64,000 nt of DNA from Eledone cirrhosa (lineage: Eukaryota), in assembly GCA_964016885.1 (NCBI GenBank), contig OZ024743.1, forward strand, positions 105,772,001 to 105,836,000, read 5' to 3'. The notes beneath the pieces were generated by a model. It saw only the letters and a list, made by a program, of their open reading frames with translations, made no database searches and was not told the DNA's origin. This document shows, piece after piece, positions 1-15,790 of this stretch. Position 1 is the stretch's first letter, and each line of letters opens with the position of its first letter. Both the position numbers and the translations under genes were made by a program.

Positions 1-1205
1 TCTATAACGTCCCCCTTGTTCGGGTCTTTTTTCAGCAGCGCCACCGCTCCCCGGCTCACAAAACTGGGAATGCTCCCGTTTTGCTGCCAGTTGCAGTAGA
101 CATCTGCGAAGTGGTCGCCGAACAAGTCTGGCATATACACATAAAGCTCGTAGGGTAGACCATCCAAACCTGGCGATTTACCCCTCGTGCAGTCAGACAT
201 CGCTTCCCGTATTTAATTGGCTGTTATCGGCTTTTCGCAGCACTGGGCTGCGGTAGTCGAGAGCCGCGGCAGTCCGTCGAGGTATGCACCGAAGTCCATA
301 CTCCGATCCGGCCCGCCGCTCCCGAACAATTGAGCAAAGAGCTGTTGAAAAGTCGCACACATCTGCTCGGGTTCGAGCAACATGCGCCCGTTTTAATCAG
401 GCAAAGACAGAATTGTGGACTTGTTGCCACGTCGCGCCTCCACTACCCGGGCCCATTGAACGGCTTTCATCCCCTCGTGTCTTAGAGCACGCGCTCTAGA
501 TTTGACAACGCCACCTTCATGCTTTGCGTTGAAGAATTGATCGAATGACAATCTCGCCGGAAGCACGTCGGTTGCGACGCCTGTCCTAAACGCATCGTCT
601 AGCATTCTAACTAACTCTCCCTCTACTCTATTTTCCTCTATCACTACTCAATTGCTAAACCTTATCGATTCTACTCTAATAGCCCTTTTCTGGGTAAACC
701 ACCACCTGTTGTTGACGATCGCACCCGTGAACGCACGCTTAACTAATTCGCTAATCCGGTCTCTGTAAGCTTTGCGCGCCGGGATAGGCGCGTTCAGCTT
801 CCAGTAGCCGGGCCCTTGCCTATGGCGTCTATCTAAGTCAACTTCACAGATCACAAATTTGTGGTCCGTGTAGTCGACTATAAATTGAGGACAACCTACA
901 CTAACCTTATCTGTTTCCCTACAGAATACCTTATCTAAATACGATCTGGATGACACGATGCGGTTTTCCAATGTCCACATTTGCACATTCGGATAATCGA
1001 GTTTTCTACCTGTCAGACAGTTCAAAACGTCTGAGCAGGTTGTTGAGGCTTTTACACCTTCCTGTCTTGTCTACCAGCTCCACATAATCCCAGTGTGCAT
1101 CTAAGATACCATTCCAGTCGCCCACTAACACTAAAGAGCGGGACGTTCCAAGAAAGTTCTCTAGACGTCTGAAGAAATCTGGCCGTCCTGTCCCAGTTGG
1201 GGCAG
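1..1205 (-). mobile_element. L1/Tx1-clade LINE fragment (APE endonuclease C-half to start of RT), frameshifted; runs off window start
   Basis: Minus ORFs 1006..1224, 648..1025 and 393..644 give APTGTGRPDFF, LVGDWN, SYLDK, YTDHK, GPGYWKLN; then KSPGLDGLPYE near 150-185. Colinear with ORF2 of the copy at 20.7-25.3 kb. Confidence 0.9.
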
Positions 1206-1265
1206 TAAAGTACCAGTAATACACTGGGATAATTGCTGGCCTTGTGCCAAAAGTAGAAACAATTA
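1206..1265 (+). mobile_element. 3' end of tRNA-derived SINE
   Basis: aaagtaccagt...ctggg.taattgctggccttgtgccaaaagtagaaacaatta matches the reverse complement of the SINE ends at 11151, 37242 and 38126. Confidence 0.8.
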
Positions 1266-1305
1266 CTATTATTCGAAAAACTCAGATTACATTTATACAG
1301 ATTAC

Positions 1306-1443
<138 letters not shown>

Positions 1444-2404
1444 CATCATGTATATTGTTTTATTTTTCTCAATTATAATTAAATGATGAATAATCTATTC
1501 GTGAATTAAATTCTTATAAATTGGCGACTATGTATTATTATGTGTTATCATTTAATTAGACATAGAAATAAATATACTCTTTGTTGTGTCTCGAATTAAC
1601 GTCTGATTTGCTTGAAACAGATATCTAACTTGTCTGCTTAAAATGTGGAATACCTTACAATAAATAATGAAATGTTTATTCTCATCTTTTATTTAAAGAA
1701 ATTAAATATCTGTCGTTGCTCTCCTGTTAGCTAAAAAAAACGATTATGTAGTCAAGTAATTTATTATCATTTTATTACAAAATATATATATCGTTAGTAT
1801 TGAAAGTTATTTGTCTGAAATTGCTAGTAACACCTTTGCTCCGCAAATTGAGTCCAATACCGAAGTGAACGCGGAACTGATGTCATTGATGTGCTGTGGA
1901 TTCACATGTGCTTGCTATTTTCCTATCTGTATATTTTAACTGATTATCCTACATCTTAATCTTTGGCATATCTTTCTTTTTCCAGATATCTTACATAATG
2001 TCACAAAAACCTAATTCTTTTTAGCCAATGGATACGCAAGCTCATACTGAATTGTTTTTTAATATAGTTATGTAACGAACTGTATGTCTTCCAACACACA
2101 TACATAGAATTACATGCACACAAATTGCGTACAGATGAACACATAAATAGATTCTACACATGCAACATTATGTTTCTGGATACTAAAATATGTTGCAGAG
2201 AAAATATAATAGATACATAATAAACGAAATAGCATGGGGGTTAGTTAAATATCATGCAACATATATTAAACTAAATCATTCGATACTGGCAAAATAATTT
2301 ATATGTGTAGAAGGTAATATGTAGATAGTGAGTGAGTAGGCGAAGTACTATGATATATAGATGGATGGATAGATTAGTAGATGGAGACATTGAGGGACAG
2401 TGGC

Positions 2405-2435
<31 letters not shown>

Positions 2436-2505
2436 ATTATATATACATTGAAATAGTATTAATGTGTGAAGATGAGATAGTGAGAATGCAGGAAATCAAT
2501 ATATT

Positions 2506-2591
<86 letters not shown>

Positions 2592-3814
2592 TAGATAGAT
2601 AGATAGTTAGATCGATAGCAAGAGATTGTGTGTGTATGTGGGTGATATATATTAATTGAAAGAAGATGTATGCAAGATAGTATAGGTTTGTTTGTCACAA
2701 TATATGACCTATTACGAGAGAAAGGGAAATAGAGAACATGCATTTAATCGATAAGTTGCTAAATGAAGAGTAAGCGAATTAAGTTTCGTAACAAATATTA
2801 AATTTGGCCAGTGGTTAACCTACCACAACATCGTAAGTTTGCATTGCTCTATGTCTATTGGAATACCACAATAAATCAAATATATTTTATAAAACAACCG
2901 CCCAGGATGAAAATGGTCTGATGCTATTTATTTCAGTGAAAACCTCTATGGTGTTCAAAAATAGTTGTGGATTTCTTTCTGCGCTACACTTCTTTGAAAG
3001 AATCGGGAAAACTGAGATGTTTTTGTTTCAAGAAATTAAGAAACCGCAAGAGAAATCTACAGCAGTAGATCGGCATGTAAAGCAACTTCATGCAAGTTTC
3101 GACCCTTACACTCTTACACTCTAAAGCGGTTGGATTCAGTTATTTTCTCCTAGGTGCCCTTCTGTTAATTAACCACTTTGATACAGGAGATTTGCTTTTG
3201 GGGATTCCTTAAAACCTATAAGGATCGCTTCTCTTCTTCAACGACCAAACCCTTCGGGAAAGATTTCTCTGTTTAATTTACCATTGCTTTTAGGAATTTA
3301 GTCATCTTCTACGCAGATATTGAGGACTGTTTCATGATTGAATAGCCAGATTCGTCAACGATGTTTCAATCTCGATAGCGAGAACTTTCTCATGAAGGCC
3401 AATTTTTTGGGGGGTAATATCTAGACTGGCATACAGCTCTGCCTTAGAACATTGTCTTCTTCCATTCTACTTGCAAAGTGACGAAGAATATATGATTTCC
3501 GGTTAAAGCCAAACAGAATGCTACAATATAATACACTCGTTAAAAAGGAAAACTAATATTCAAATCGCTAAGTCAATCTAAACAGTAGAAGCAGATGACT
3601 AGCTGTATTGTGGGAAATTCATATTAACAGGCTGGGCCATGTGATGATGAAACGGGACCATAGTATATTGTTAAAAGGAGAAAAGTGACAAACCTCAGGA
3701 AAGCATAGCGAAACTGACTTGAGATGGTGGTGGGATAATTTTGGCGTTGGTGGTAGAAATCCTATTGCTTCTGCTGCTGATGATGATGATTTAGAGTTTC
3801 ATGAAACAGGTTTG

Positions 3815-4705
3815 CAATTCAAAAAGGGACGTAACGTCTTGGAAATGATCAGCATACGTTCGTCTCGGTCCATCAAATACTGAATTTTGGTCCTGTTGGC
3901 CCCTTTGCCTCTGTCACTCGGACCCATCGAACAGCTTTCATTCTCTTGTTTAGCCGTACAAGATTCATGTTTCGCGTGGGAGAAATGAGCTAATACCATT
4001 CTCGCCAGTAGCACGTCGCCTGAAATGCCCTTTCTACTGGACTTCTTTAATCTAGTTACTAACTCCCCAATATTAGATGTTTTCTATTGATACTCCTTTA
4101 CTAAATGCAATTGATAGTACGATAATATCTCTCTTGCTAGTACCCCCACGAACTGTTGTTGACGTCTCCCCTGTCAACTTCTGCATAAGCTAATATGGTG
4201 ACCCATTCTCTGTAGGCTCTCTGCGTTATGTTCCCTGTAACCAAGACCCTGCATCCATGGTCTCTCTGGGTCAACCATGCAGATCACAAATGTTTGATCT
4301 GAATAGGCAACAATTTGGAAATGTGGGCACCCTAAGATTTCCCTATTTCCTAACGTAATGAAAACCTATCTATGTACGCTCTGGTTGGCCCTATGCTATT
4401 GGACCAGATCCACACTTGCGCATTCGAGAAATCTAGTCGGTACATGTCAGTCAGTTGGAACTACTTGATTAGCTTCGGGAAGCTTCTGCAATCCCGCTTC
4501 TATCTCTTTCTCCCACACAGCCCCACTGTGCATCCAATATGCTGTTCTAGTCCCTCATTTACAGTAAAGTGTGAGACCTTCCTAGAAAGGTTTCTAGACG
4601 CCTGAAGAAATCCGGCCGACCAGTTCTAGTAGTGGCGTAGATGGTCACGGAACTAACGGCTTCAAACTTCACTAGTGTTTACGTCCATAACCAGCATCTT
4701 ACTGA
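3815..4705 (-). mobile_element. Decayed L1/Tx1-clade LINE fragment (endonuclease/linker)
   Basis: Nucleotide blocks shared with 23200-24080 (cagatcacaaat.t.tgatctgaataggc, aaatctagtcg, ccattctcgcc); minus ORF 3799..4014 resembles the linker. Confidence 0.8.
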
Positions 4706-6324
4706 CTGCAGCATATAAAGGAACAGAAATTAAATTAAAAAGGAAGAAGATATGAAGAATAAATAGAAACAAAATATAAGAATGAAAAACACAACTTTAT
4801 ATGATGTCATAGAAAACATGTCTGTTAACCAACTTTCAATTTGTTTGTTGTTTTTATAGAATTTAACACTTTTGTTTAATAGAAAACTTCGGTTATTGTC
4901 CTACACATATGGAACAAGTTTATGCTCATTAGGAATGTACACACAAAAAGGGAAAAATGTGGAAGCTCTCGTAGGCACAGAATTCTAGATATGGTGATGT
5001 ATATTTATAATGATATACGGCTTTAGTAATTTGTGGCGAGTCTTGGACATTTAAAGCTGGCTCAGCCGATTTCTTCCTCAGAAAGTAAAAATGAAAGCGA
5101 AAGAGAGAAAGTGAAAAACAGATAACGAGAATGGATGAATCCCAAAGTAAACAGGTACTGCTTTTATCGACCTACAAAGGATGTAAGGCAGATTTTTTCT
5201 CGGTTGGTTTTGATCTCGGAACAGAGAACCGCAACGAACACCGCGGAAACATTCTGTATGATGTTCTAACGTCCGTTCCAATTCATCACCTATTTTTTAC
5301 GATACAAATGCTGATTCTCGAATAAACTTTCAGAAACTATTCTAAAATTATTATATATAAATTTGATTGGTTAAGACATCTACATAGAGCTACGTTTTTA
5401 TGTACTTTTTCGTATTAAGTGATTTGAAACCTTCCGTCGTTGTGATATATATATACATTAAAAGACTTCTAAAAAGAGATTGAGAACGGCTACAAATCCG
5501 ATATATGTATGTATATATATATATATATATATATATGTTCCTGTGTGTGTGCACACGCGTATGTGTGTGTGCACACGCGTATGTGTGTGTGTGCATACAC
5601 GTATATGTACGTATATGTGTGTGTGTTTGTATGCGTGTGGGTGTTTGTGTGTCAGTGTCTCTAAGTGTGTTACGTCTATAAATGTTGGTTATTTTGAGGA
5701 CGAAAATAGCATAGAATCACTTGTTGCATTTAAGCTCTTGCTTTAAGTCTATTAAACTAGACAAGATAGAATGTAAATAGACCCTTGTACAAATAATATA
5801 GACAACTTACATAACTTGAGAACTTTACCACACAATGAAGCTGGTTCCTTGCCTTGAGGTGCAATGTCGAGGTACAGCTACTAAGCAGATTTTGAATTAT
5901 TATAATGGACATGAAATGATTGGTTTGCCCTATATACACGATGTATCCAGATGCCTTATGCAAAATGCATGGATATCAAGTTGAAGTAAATAGAGAGGCT
6001 TTCGAAATGTGTTTAGTCACTGTATTAGAATGTTTATAGAAGACCAGAAGTGTAGCCGTATACATATAACATAACTTCATATGGCACTAATTAAGAAACT
6101 TACGAGAAACTTCTCGCAATGACGAAGGTGACTGTGACGGGGAAGCACTTGATATCCATAATATTTGACAAGTCAAAAAATTCATATGATGCAATCTTCG
6201 AATCACCAGAGTCTTAAAGATAACTCAAATATCTGAATATGAAATTGTTTGAAATTGTGGAGAGCTGTAACATATAACATGGATGCAAATATAATTTCTG
6301 TTACTTTGCTCCATTATGAATTTG

Positions 6325-6560
6325 TGAATGTGTATATATGAAGCGAGTGGTGTTTGTTCAGGTGTGAGCATTTTCGAAACACTCCGAGTTTATTGTTTAA
6401 ATGTATAATGGATTTCTTTAAACTCTGTAATATTCTGTAATTTGCACTAATAGAGAGTGAACACCGTTCGTTTCCTTTAATATAGGACTTGGTTTTTCCA
6501 ACATGATCCATTTTATCTTGTATGATATGTTCTTATTCTTAAGTACCAATACTCAATGCA
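6325..6560 (-). mobile_element. Decayed Naiad-like PLE C-terminal fragment
   Basis: Minus ORF 6314..6511 KSYIKGNERCSLS...LNNKLGVFRKCSH resembles the Y..G...C.LC...LN.k.E...C.H end of the other PLEs here. Confidence 0.55.
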
Positions 6561-9500
6561 GTTTTTCTGATATTACTATGTTCAGATAAGGCAACATGGC
6601 GTGTGTGACACGCACATATCTTTCATTTTAATCAAGTTAGGCGTTTACAGGTGGTGTAATAGTGGCTTCATAGACAATTGATCTTGTGTAACATTTTTGT
6701 TGTAGAGTGCATTCCTCATTTTTCCTATATGAACACCCTCGGTTGTGCTCTGCTGTTATTTTTGCAGTTATAGTTTATGAAGCAACGATTATACTAATTT
6801 ATTCTATGTCAATTTCCTCGGTAATTTGAAGCTGATTAATACCAAAATGAGAATTTGACGAGCTAGTGCATCGAATAAATATATAAATATTAATGATTAC
6901 TATATGACACATAATTACTATGAAAATTATTCATACAGTATAATTGCAGTTCTTAGGTATTACTATGAAATTTTAATACTGCTTGTTAAAACCTAGTCTG
7001 TGATTAGGTTTCAATTTCCGAATGCTGAACACTTACTTCACTTAAGCTACCACTTGGAATATAAGGAAAATCATAAACATGTCTGGAAGGAAGGAAGCAG
7101 AGTAAAGCAACTGACTAAATGGTTGATATCTAATTTGCCAATGCATTTTCCATTCCCAGTTGCATCAATTTCAATTACGCCGTTAATGAACTCAGCATAA
7201 CTTGTAGAATTGTGCCCGTAATAATATTTGGAAAACAGGTGTTAAGGTAAAGTATATTAATGTTTGCTTTTATAAAAAATTAAAATGTTGATAGTTGGAC
7301 ACCACCGTAGATTATACATGTTATTTAATTACATTATAAAATATAATTGCAATTATTAACGCATTTAAAATTCCATCATATATCATGTATCATGTTTAAT
7401 GATCTGATACAATTTCTATACAGGGTATACATTAAGTATTCGTTATGCATCACAAGTCGAATTTTATGATGTCTTGAAACTGAAAAATAAACAAGAAATC
7501 AACTACTCATTAATTAAAGCCAGTAAATTATTATAAATCAAAATATTGTCAAATATTAGCCAGTGATTAACCGGCTAGGAGTCTTTTTTTCTTTATGATA
7601 TATTTCAACAGTTTTTGCAAAACATTTTCTTTAAAATTTATGGCAGATTCACACTAGCACAATTTCAAATGGCGTATAACATTTATTTCTGTCGATATAG
7701 ATTTGGAATTTAAATCACAAATGAGATGAGACGTCATCCGTTTCATATTATTTACTCGTAATAGATGGTATTAAATTTATGCCTTCGACAAATGATTGGC
7801 TTTTGTTTGTTTCAGATTCATTTCGCTTGAAACGAAAATTATGTGAATATGTTACAGGAAGAACCATGTGCTAGGTTTTCATGTTAAAATAGGCTTCGTA
7901 AATGTATGACGCAAACAAGTGATGTCATCGAAATCTGATATTTTTATTTAGTTTCTCTTCCCTGTCACTTATCTATGTTCACTTATTTCTCACATGCTAT
8001 AATTTATAATTTTTAACATGGTTATACTTTATAAACAGAATAAGGTTATCCAGTGATAATTTGATTCATCGAGGGTAGGTTTCTCGTCATAAACATCACA
8101 TTTATCCGTTTTACAAAGCTCTTTTTATCATTTATGTTTAGGCGAGTCAATGGAAATATCTTCTAAATATATTCAGCGAGCAAATCCTTATTTAATGAAT
8201 TCAGTTCCTCTTAATTATATAAGCGGAAAGAAAAATGTATATTCCCTTAACGAAAATTCAAAAGTAAGATATAACATGCAACAAATAAGGCAAACTGAAT
8301 TTCATTTGTACTATAATTTGGCTTTCTATGGCATTTCATTTTAATGACATATCTAATTGTTTTTTAGAGGAGATTCAATGTTTTCACATTGAAGCTGTTA
8401 TCTAAAATGTGTGGGGCTGTTCGCCGAATCAAGTCAATATTTTGTTAAAACGACCTGAAAGAATACAGCATCGACGTACAATAGTAAATTCAAATGTCTC
8501 ATTATTTGCAATTAATTTTCCATAATTAGCTGCCTCAATCCTCGGCAAACCAATCAATTAGTTAGTAATTCCTTAATTAAATGAGTTTTAGAAGAATGAA
8601 ATAATGATGCAGGAATATGTCCTATGGAATTTAAGTTTCTGAACTTAAATATGTCGAAATGCATCTAAGTACGATATATGTTGATGGGGATGTTATTTTA
8701 ATTATTTTCATAATATTGTTAGAGAAACCTTAAATGTATTATTGTGCCTCCAGTGTGACGTAAAGGGTTATTCTTAGGGATTCCTGAGGAACGCCTGAAC
8801 TCAGTATTTTGTGCAAATGAAATTGCGGAGAATTAGTAGAATTAGTTTTCATTTCCTCGCTGGGGGGGAAATGGACTTGACAATTGTTTTATAGCCGGGT
8901 AAATTGAAACTGCAGATCGTTAATGATTGGAATTCACTGAGCAGCTGGCAGGCAGACAGACAATCCTATGAAAATTGTCCACTGTATTTTGTTCCCATAA
9001 TTTATAAATTTATACATGTTTCCCTATAAAAAAATTGTGAATAAACAAATGTAGATAAAAATACCTACGGCTTAAAGGTATTCGTACGGTTATGTACTAT
9101 GAACTAAGAGCTAATTAACATAAGCTATAAACATTCCACATGGCCGAACATACAACCAGAATCGGTGCATTCTTCATTTTGTGTCACCATCGAGGTTTTA
9201 TACTATTTATTAATATATTTAACTCTCACTGGTCTCATGCTCCTAAATATATATAACTGAAAACCAATATAGCACTGAAATATTGATGAACCCAGCAGTG
9301 TCCTGCTTTCTGCAAATGATTTTTCGGAGTTGATTTATTTCATCTTCTTTACATAAATTGTCATTTTGTAATGTCACTCTCTGAAAATAGTACAACAGTT
9401 TAACTAAATAGTCATCATATTATCTATTATAATGTATAGAATGCAACATCAACCAAGCAAACGTCGACACTACCAAAACATCAACACAGAAACCGACAAC

Positions 9501-11150
9501 ATCTATTACAACTTCAATGAGAATAACAAAAGATTACTATGATATAGATCTTTGGGGAATATGAGAGTGTCTAGAGACAGTTTTTCTTTCATTTACAACT
9601 GTTTTTGATTTTTGTAGTAACTAATCAAATTTTAAAAATATAATTATTTAAGTCTCATACGGTCTCTGTAGTAAATTTGTTTTGGTTTCTAAGAAAATAT
9701 TACCCACAAGTAAGGCACCCTAAAATTATTAGTTAATAGTCCTTTTACTTTAATTCATGGGAAACACTTAGAAAACGTATACACGTTTTCTAACAAGTGA
9801 ATATTTTCTTTAAACTCGAGACTTTTTTTATATATAATCTTACAACGACCATACGAAAGTAATACGAAAGACAATGCCATAAAATCTATGTCCGAACTGT
9901 ATTCTGAAAAAATAAAAAAAAATAGAAAATATGCTGTTTAACACGGGTTGGCCAGTTTCTCAATATTAACTAGCTCTAATATAATGGATTAAAAATTAAC
10001 AAAGGTAGGATGCATATTCGATTACCAGTATTGAATCATACTTATTTTATCGCCTGTCGAAAGACTGGTGGATTTCAAATTGAGAACATAAAATGATGGA
10101 ACAACATTCTGCTATGAGATACACTTCAACTACAATATTAAACTAAAAACATTACAAGATGTGTTTGTTTCAATTGTTCGTCATGGGTTTAATTCAGCAT
10201 GAGAATATTCATATTTTCTGGACACCGGATTTGTGTTTGTTTTTTATGAATGTAAGGTCATTAAAGTGATTGTTTAGCATTGATTGGGATCGATGCAAAC
10301 ACTAAGAATGTGTGATTTTGTGTAAACGTAGAAAATCAATATTTTTTAATGAAATCAATGACAACATTTTAACACCTCTAACAAAAGATTATTTGTAAAC
10401 CAGCAAACAATATAATTAAAACTAACTCACGCAGAGACTTAAAAGTAAACTTATGAAAATTTGGTTACATGTGCGTAAAACAATAATCGCAAAAATTGAG
10501 TGATTCTAACAGAGGTACAGTTTTTATTTGATGTTACATGAACTATATTATGCAACGTGGGAAATAACAATTTAATTAATAGCAAGCCCTATTTTATGAA
10601 TCAAAGCAAATAATATTATATTGATTTTTATGTATCTGAACATAAATTATACTGGGAGCTATGCAAAATGTATATGTAAAAGAAGCAGGGACTTGGATCG
10701 GCTAATTTTCATATTATAATGGTTGCGGTGGTAGTTAATTCAATTTTATATTAAATTACGCGCTAATCATCTGGAATATACTATAAATTCATATAAGTAT
10801 ATAAACGGTATATTCTTTATAGGAAGGTGCGAAAAAAATGTTCGTAAACAAACCATATCATAATATAATAAAGGGAGGAGTGCGGGACTGTGTCCTGAAT
10901 ATAGTTCTTCATCCCGTTAGTAAAATAAGTGGGATTAGTTTGAATAAATAAGGAATAAATATTACATAATTTATGTACTCAATTTCGTAGCTGTTGATTA
11001 AACATAAATATCCTTATATATAATGATTGCTTATAGTAAGATTCACTTCTTTTAAAATTTTGAAATGTTAATACTTCCGGTCATGATATAACAGACGCTA
11101 TATTATATCGCTTATATAAACGTTCATATATTTGCAGTGTTATATCATAA

Positions 11151-11337
11151 CTGTTTCTACTTTTGGCACAAGGCCAGCAATTACCCAGTACATTAGTGGT
11201 ACTTTATTTTATCGACCCCGTAAGGATGAAAGGCAAAATTAACCTCGGCGGGATTTGAACTCAGAATGGCAAGGGCCGTTACTCTATGCGTCAAAGCATG
11301 GAGTCAGACCCTCTACCGATACTGCCAATCCGCCAAT
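11151..11337 (-). mobile_element. tRNA-derived SINE with 16-bp TSD
   Basis: Minus-strand A box TGGCAGTATCGG and B box GAGTTCAAATCC; flanked by cagt(g/c)ttatatcataa at 11135..11150 and 11338..11353. Confidence 0.9.
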
Positions 11338-12846
11338 CAGTCTTATATCATAATGTTTATATTTCTGTTGCTAATTTTCTCATTTTTCGTTTTCATTACA
11401 TGTCACCGTAATGCAGTTTATATATAATATCGTCTGTTTCAAATGTATCATGGATTACTTTACTTATTACAGAAGAGAGTGTAACACAGCCCCTCTTCAA
11501 TTTCTGTACACACTGTCAATTAAGATTTTATTTGATGTATTATATCTACATGCATTTATATTTGCGTATGATATCAATATGCACACTACACATAGTAGCA
11601 GAAAATGCCCGAAAGCTGGTTTGTCTGCTAGTATTATTAATAACATAAAAACGTATTTCGCTGTAGTTCGAAAAGCATGAAAATGTCGACGACAGTTTCG
11701 ATATTTCTTTAGGTCACGAGTAGATGAAATCTATATCCTTACGGATCGATATTTCAAACCAACCGATGTACAGTTATGACTCTTCCAATCTTTTCCGTTT
11801 CTTTCCTGTCTAACTCTCACCTATCGTTCTATTTCGTCCTTCTATAATACTCTGTTCCGATGAAGGACTAACGACCGAATCGTTAAGATTCTTTTTCCAC
11901 TTTATCATTTTGAAATATATCTGTAGTCTTGAAGGCTACACCAATTAGAAGTTTCTATTTGCCCTTCCAGATTTGACAACTAAGGTGTCAGTATTTAAGC
12001 GCCGCTTCTCTTCATCTGTATATCTGATATTGTGTATTTGTTAGAAATAGATTCTATGCCCTTATCTAATATAATTTATGAACGCGAATATGACAAAATG
12101 TAACGTTGAGCACATCAAGCCTCAAATCAATTACGTCAGAAACGTATGCACTAAAACACAATGTGAGGCATACCATATGCTGTCCGTCATTCGTTTTATA
12201 TCCCTTTCTGAAAGTAACCTTAATATCGAGTAAATACAGCATAGCTGCATGAAAGCATAGTAAATCATTTCTCCAGAGCTAAATGACAACGCATGTAATC
12301 CCCACAATCTGTGAGCCTTGAACGTGAAAGAATTATAAACTATCTAGAATTGGCGCCACATTAAAGAAATACCACCGATATCCACATCGATCAGATTAAA
12401 ATCTAAAATATCAGAGGATTCTCTTTAGGGCACAAATACTGAGAAAGAGGCTCCGAAATCATTCTACGTACCGTACAGCAAATCACAATGTGAAGATCCA
12501 GACAAAGATCATTGCAGTGTACGTATGCTTCGCATTAATGGAACAATACTTAATTCGGAAATCTATGATGGCTTTAAAATATTCCCCTCTTTGTAAATCC
12601 CCGCTAAAAAGAAAAGGAAAAATATACTGTTTCAGTTTAAAGATTATGTTGTTACATAAGATATATTTATTTGTGTGAATATGCACACACACACACACAC
12701 GCACGCACACATACACACACACACGCATACACATATATATATGTATATATATAAACATATGAATTAACACAGACATTTATTTCATTTATTTACATACATA
12801 CATAGAGACATACATACTTACATACATTCATATATATATATGTATA

Positions 12847-12959
<113 letters not shown>

Positions 12960-13374
12960 ATGTATCTATGTATGTACTCAGTTTACATATATATATCCAG
13001 TTTATGAAGAAGAAACACATTAAAAGCTATTTTTCTGACACGCGGTTGTCAAAAGAATAAATTTTGTTTAAGTTAAGCAGCTTCGTAATGTTTGTAAAAC
13101 TGACTAAGCATATAAGAAAGTCTATTTGCGTTTAGATATCTTTAAAGTGTTTCTACATTTTGCGTTGGAAACAGAATTGTGGAGTCGAATCTCCTATATA
13201 AATATTTTCAATGTTAAATACAATACTTATTCTTTATAATTATTACTAGGCTTAAAGAGAAACTGCTTGTCTATAGATGGGAGCAGGGATATAATCCTTT
13301 ATGGCATAGGGTGAAATGGGATAGGATGCTTAGGTGGATGTTCATAGTAACTGTTATCATAATATATTGCAGTA

Positions 13375-13815
13375 AGAGGGCGGTGAAATTGGTAGTATCG
13401 TTAGAACATCGGACAACATGTTTTGTTGCATAGAGTTACGGCCCTTTATGTTCTGATTTCAAATCCTTCGGAAGTTAGCTTTGACTTTCATCCTTAAGTG
13501 GTTAATAAAATAAAATACCAGTAAAGTACTTAAGTTGAATTAATCGACATTCCTTTTACCCCAAATCGTTTCCCATTTTCAGAAATCCTTATTTATTTCA
13601 GTAGGAGGGTTGTGGTTTGGCAGTATCGGTAGTAAGTGGACATGTTTGTCGCATGTAGATACGGCTCTTTACACTCTGAGTTTAATGAGATCAATTTACC
13701 TTTTATTCTTCGGACGTGGATAAATTAAAGTACCAGTCAAATACTCAGGTCGGTATATTTGACTTTCCTTTTCCTCCAAATTACTGGACTTGTGCCATAA
13801 CTTGAAACGATTATT
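13375..13815 (+). mobile_element. Two older tandem tRNA-SINE copies (about 13375-13545 and 13605-13815)
   Basis: ggcggtgaaattggtagtatcg...ttcaaatcc...gactttcatcc...taccagt, and tggcagtatcggtag...aagtaccagtc...ggacttgtgcc; same family as 11151. Confidence 0.75.
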
Positions 13816-15489
13816 TATTTATATTTCTTAATTCATAGCATGTTTCTTCTTTACAACAGTATTCCACGACGGTTGCATATTATCTAACACCATATATTGT
13901 ACCAAACGTAGAAACAATTATATAATACCATATATAACATCTAATGCACAAAACGTCTTCGCCACCAGAAACAATGTGACTACCTTTTTGTTCTCACACT
14001 CAAATAATCTCTAGTTAAAATTTTAGTATATGCTCTGGTAAAATATATCCTAATAGAAAGCCTTTGGTCCTAATAGAAAGCCTTTAAAAATAAGATTTTT
14101 CATCAATGTGTTATTGTCTCTATCCTTCTCACAGCCATCACATAACTCGACTTAATACTTAAATTGCATGGCTTTGTTTTGTTCATTTATAATAGATATT
14201 TGTTTCATTTGTCTTCTGCTCTTCTCTGTTTCTCTTTTGAGAGGTCAGGCTATATTATTTTGTAATACGCATCTAGTTGTAATTTACATCTACCTCATTG
14301 TTTTCATAGTAAATATCATAATTATGGGGAAGATTTATATGTTATATTCTAGAGAGTCTCTTTACGTTTCTTCTTTTTTTCTGACTAGTCTTCTTCATTC
14401 TCATCTCGATCATTTGAGAAATATTATAACTATAACTTTCTGATTCCTATGACTTTATATTGTTTTTTCTTATGTATGTTTTATGTATTCATCTAATGTA
14501 TCTCTAATGTTCTTTCGTAAAGTTTCTTTCATTTGAGCTTAGTACTCTGTCTATTAAATTAATTCTTATCTATTTGAAAGTCTGTGTTTTCTGCAATTCC
14601 ATTTTATCTGTTGCATTATCTTAAATGATATTACAGATGTGTAATAATATCTCCTGAAAGCTATCTATACGCAGTTTTCTAAACCAAATTACGTATGAAT
14701 TTATTTAGGAAAACCAAGTGTAGTCTTCATCTGTGTTTCAAATTGTTCGTCATCCGCTCCGTACATACTGTGGAGAAATGTGCCTTAATAGGTTGTGTGT
14801 TCGCCTTACGATTACCTGCAGCACGTTTCGTCAGTCCAATCATTGTCCACATTATGGTGATCTCTAGATATTTCCCTTTGGAAAGATTTTTCATTTCTTA
14901 AAGAAATAAATTATCGTATATGTTTATTAAGAAGCATTTTGATCTTCATGACCAATGACTTAATTAACTGATCAATTATCTTTGATCTTTGTGCCATGTG
15001 TAATGACATGTTCAAGAGTGTGGTAGGTTGTTCGTCTGTGATACCTATTCGGGGGATGGGGGTGGGCGTGGGGTGACTGTTGGGCTATATGATCTCATTC
15101 CCGTTGGTATTTCATAATGTTGACATCACTTCCTGTGTATGTAAATCCAACACTAACATGTGTGTTAATATATTTTCTCTTAACTAAGAATTTGCAGCCT
15201 TCGCAAAAACGAATATTCGTTTCTTTCTCTCATCTTTTTGCAGTTAAGTAATGTATTCTGCTTTATGGTGTACTTTAGGTGGTTTCTGGTTGGGTGACCT
15301 TTATCATGTATTTCAATTAAGAAGCCTTCAGTTAAATTCTTGTGTCTTACTCCTCCTAGGTAATATTGTAAATTGCCCTTTTCTACTTTCTCAATCTTCA
15401 GCTCTTTTGTATATTGGCAATGCTAACTTTATTTTACTTGCCTCTGATTTATCATGACATTTAGTAATCTTATTATTACGTCTGCAAAG

Positions 15490-15790
15490 AAAACCCGTAG
15501 CCTCCCATCCTATAGATATCCGTCCCATCAGCTGGTACGGACATGTCGCCCACCTTCCGGCTGAGCAGGGTCTAATATTTGTTTGACGTAGCAGCAGCGG
15601 GCCGGAAGAGACTCAGCAGCAGGGCCTACAAAAGATGGCTGGACGTGATTAAGGAAGATCTTCAGATCTCCAGAGGTTTCAATTCAGCTTGGAGGAAGCG
15701 GAGAAGCTGACACAGGACGGCTAGCAATAGAGGGCCCTGGTGGACCTGGTGGGCTCTACGCACAAATGGGCCGCTGTGTCAACTGAGCAG
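15490..15790 (+). mobile_element. RTE-clade LINE 3' relic
   Basis: Translates in pieces as WYGHVA...G.KR..GR..KRWLDVIKEDL...AEKLTQD, the typical RTE C-terminus. Confidence 0.7.

Noticed and set aside
5900-6290. Possible CR1-type RT relic on plus strand
   Set aside because: Motifs too decayed to support by eye.
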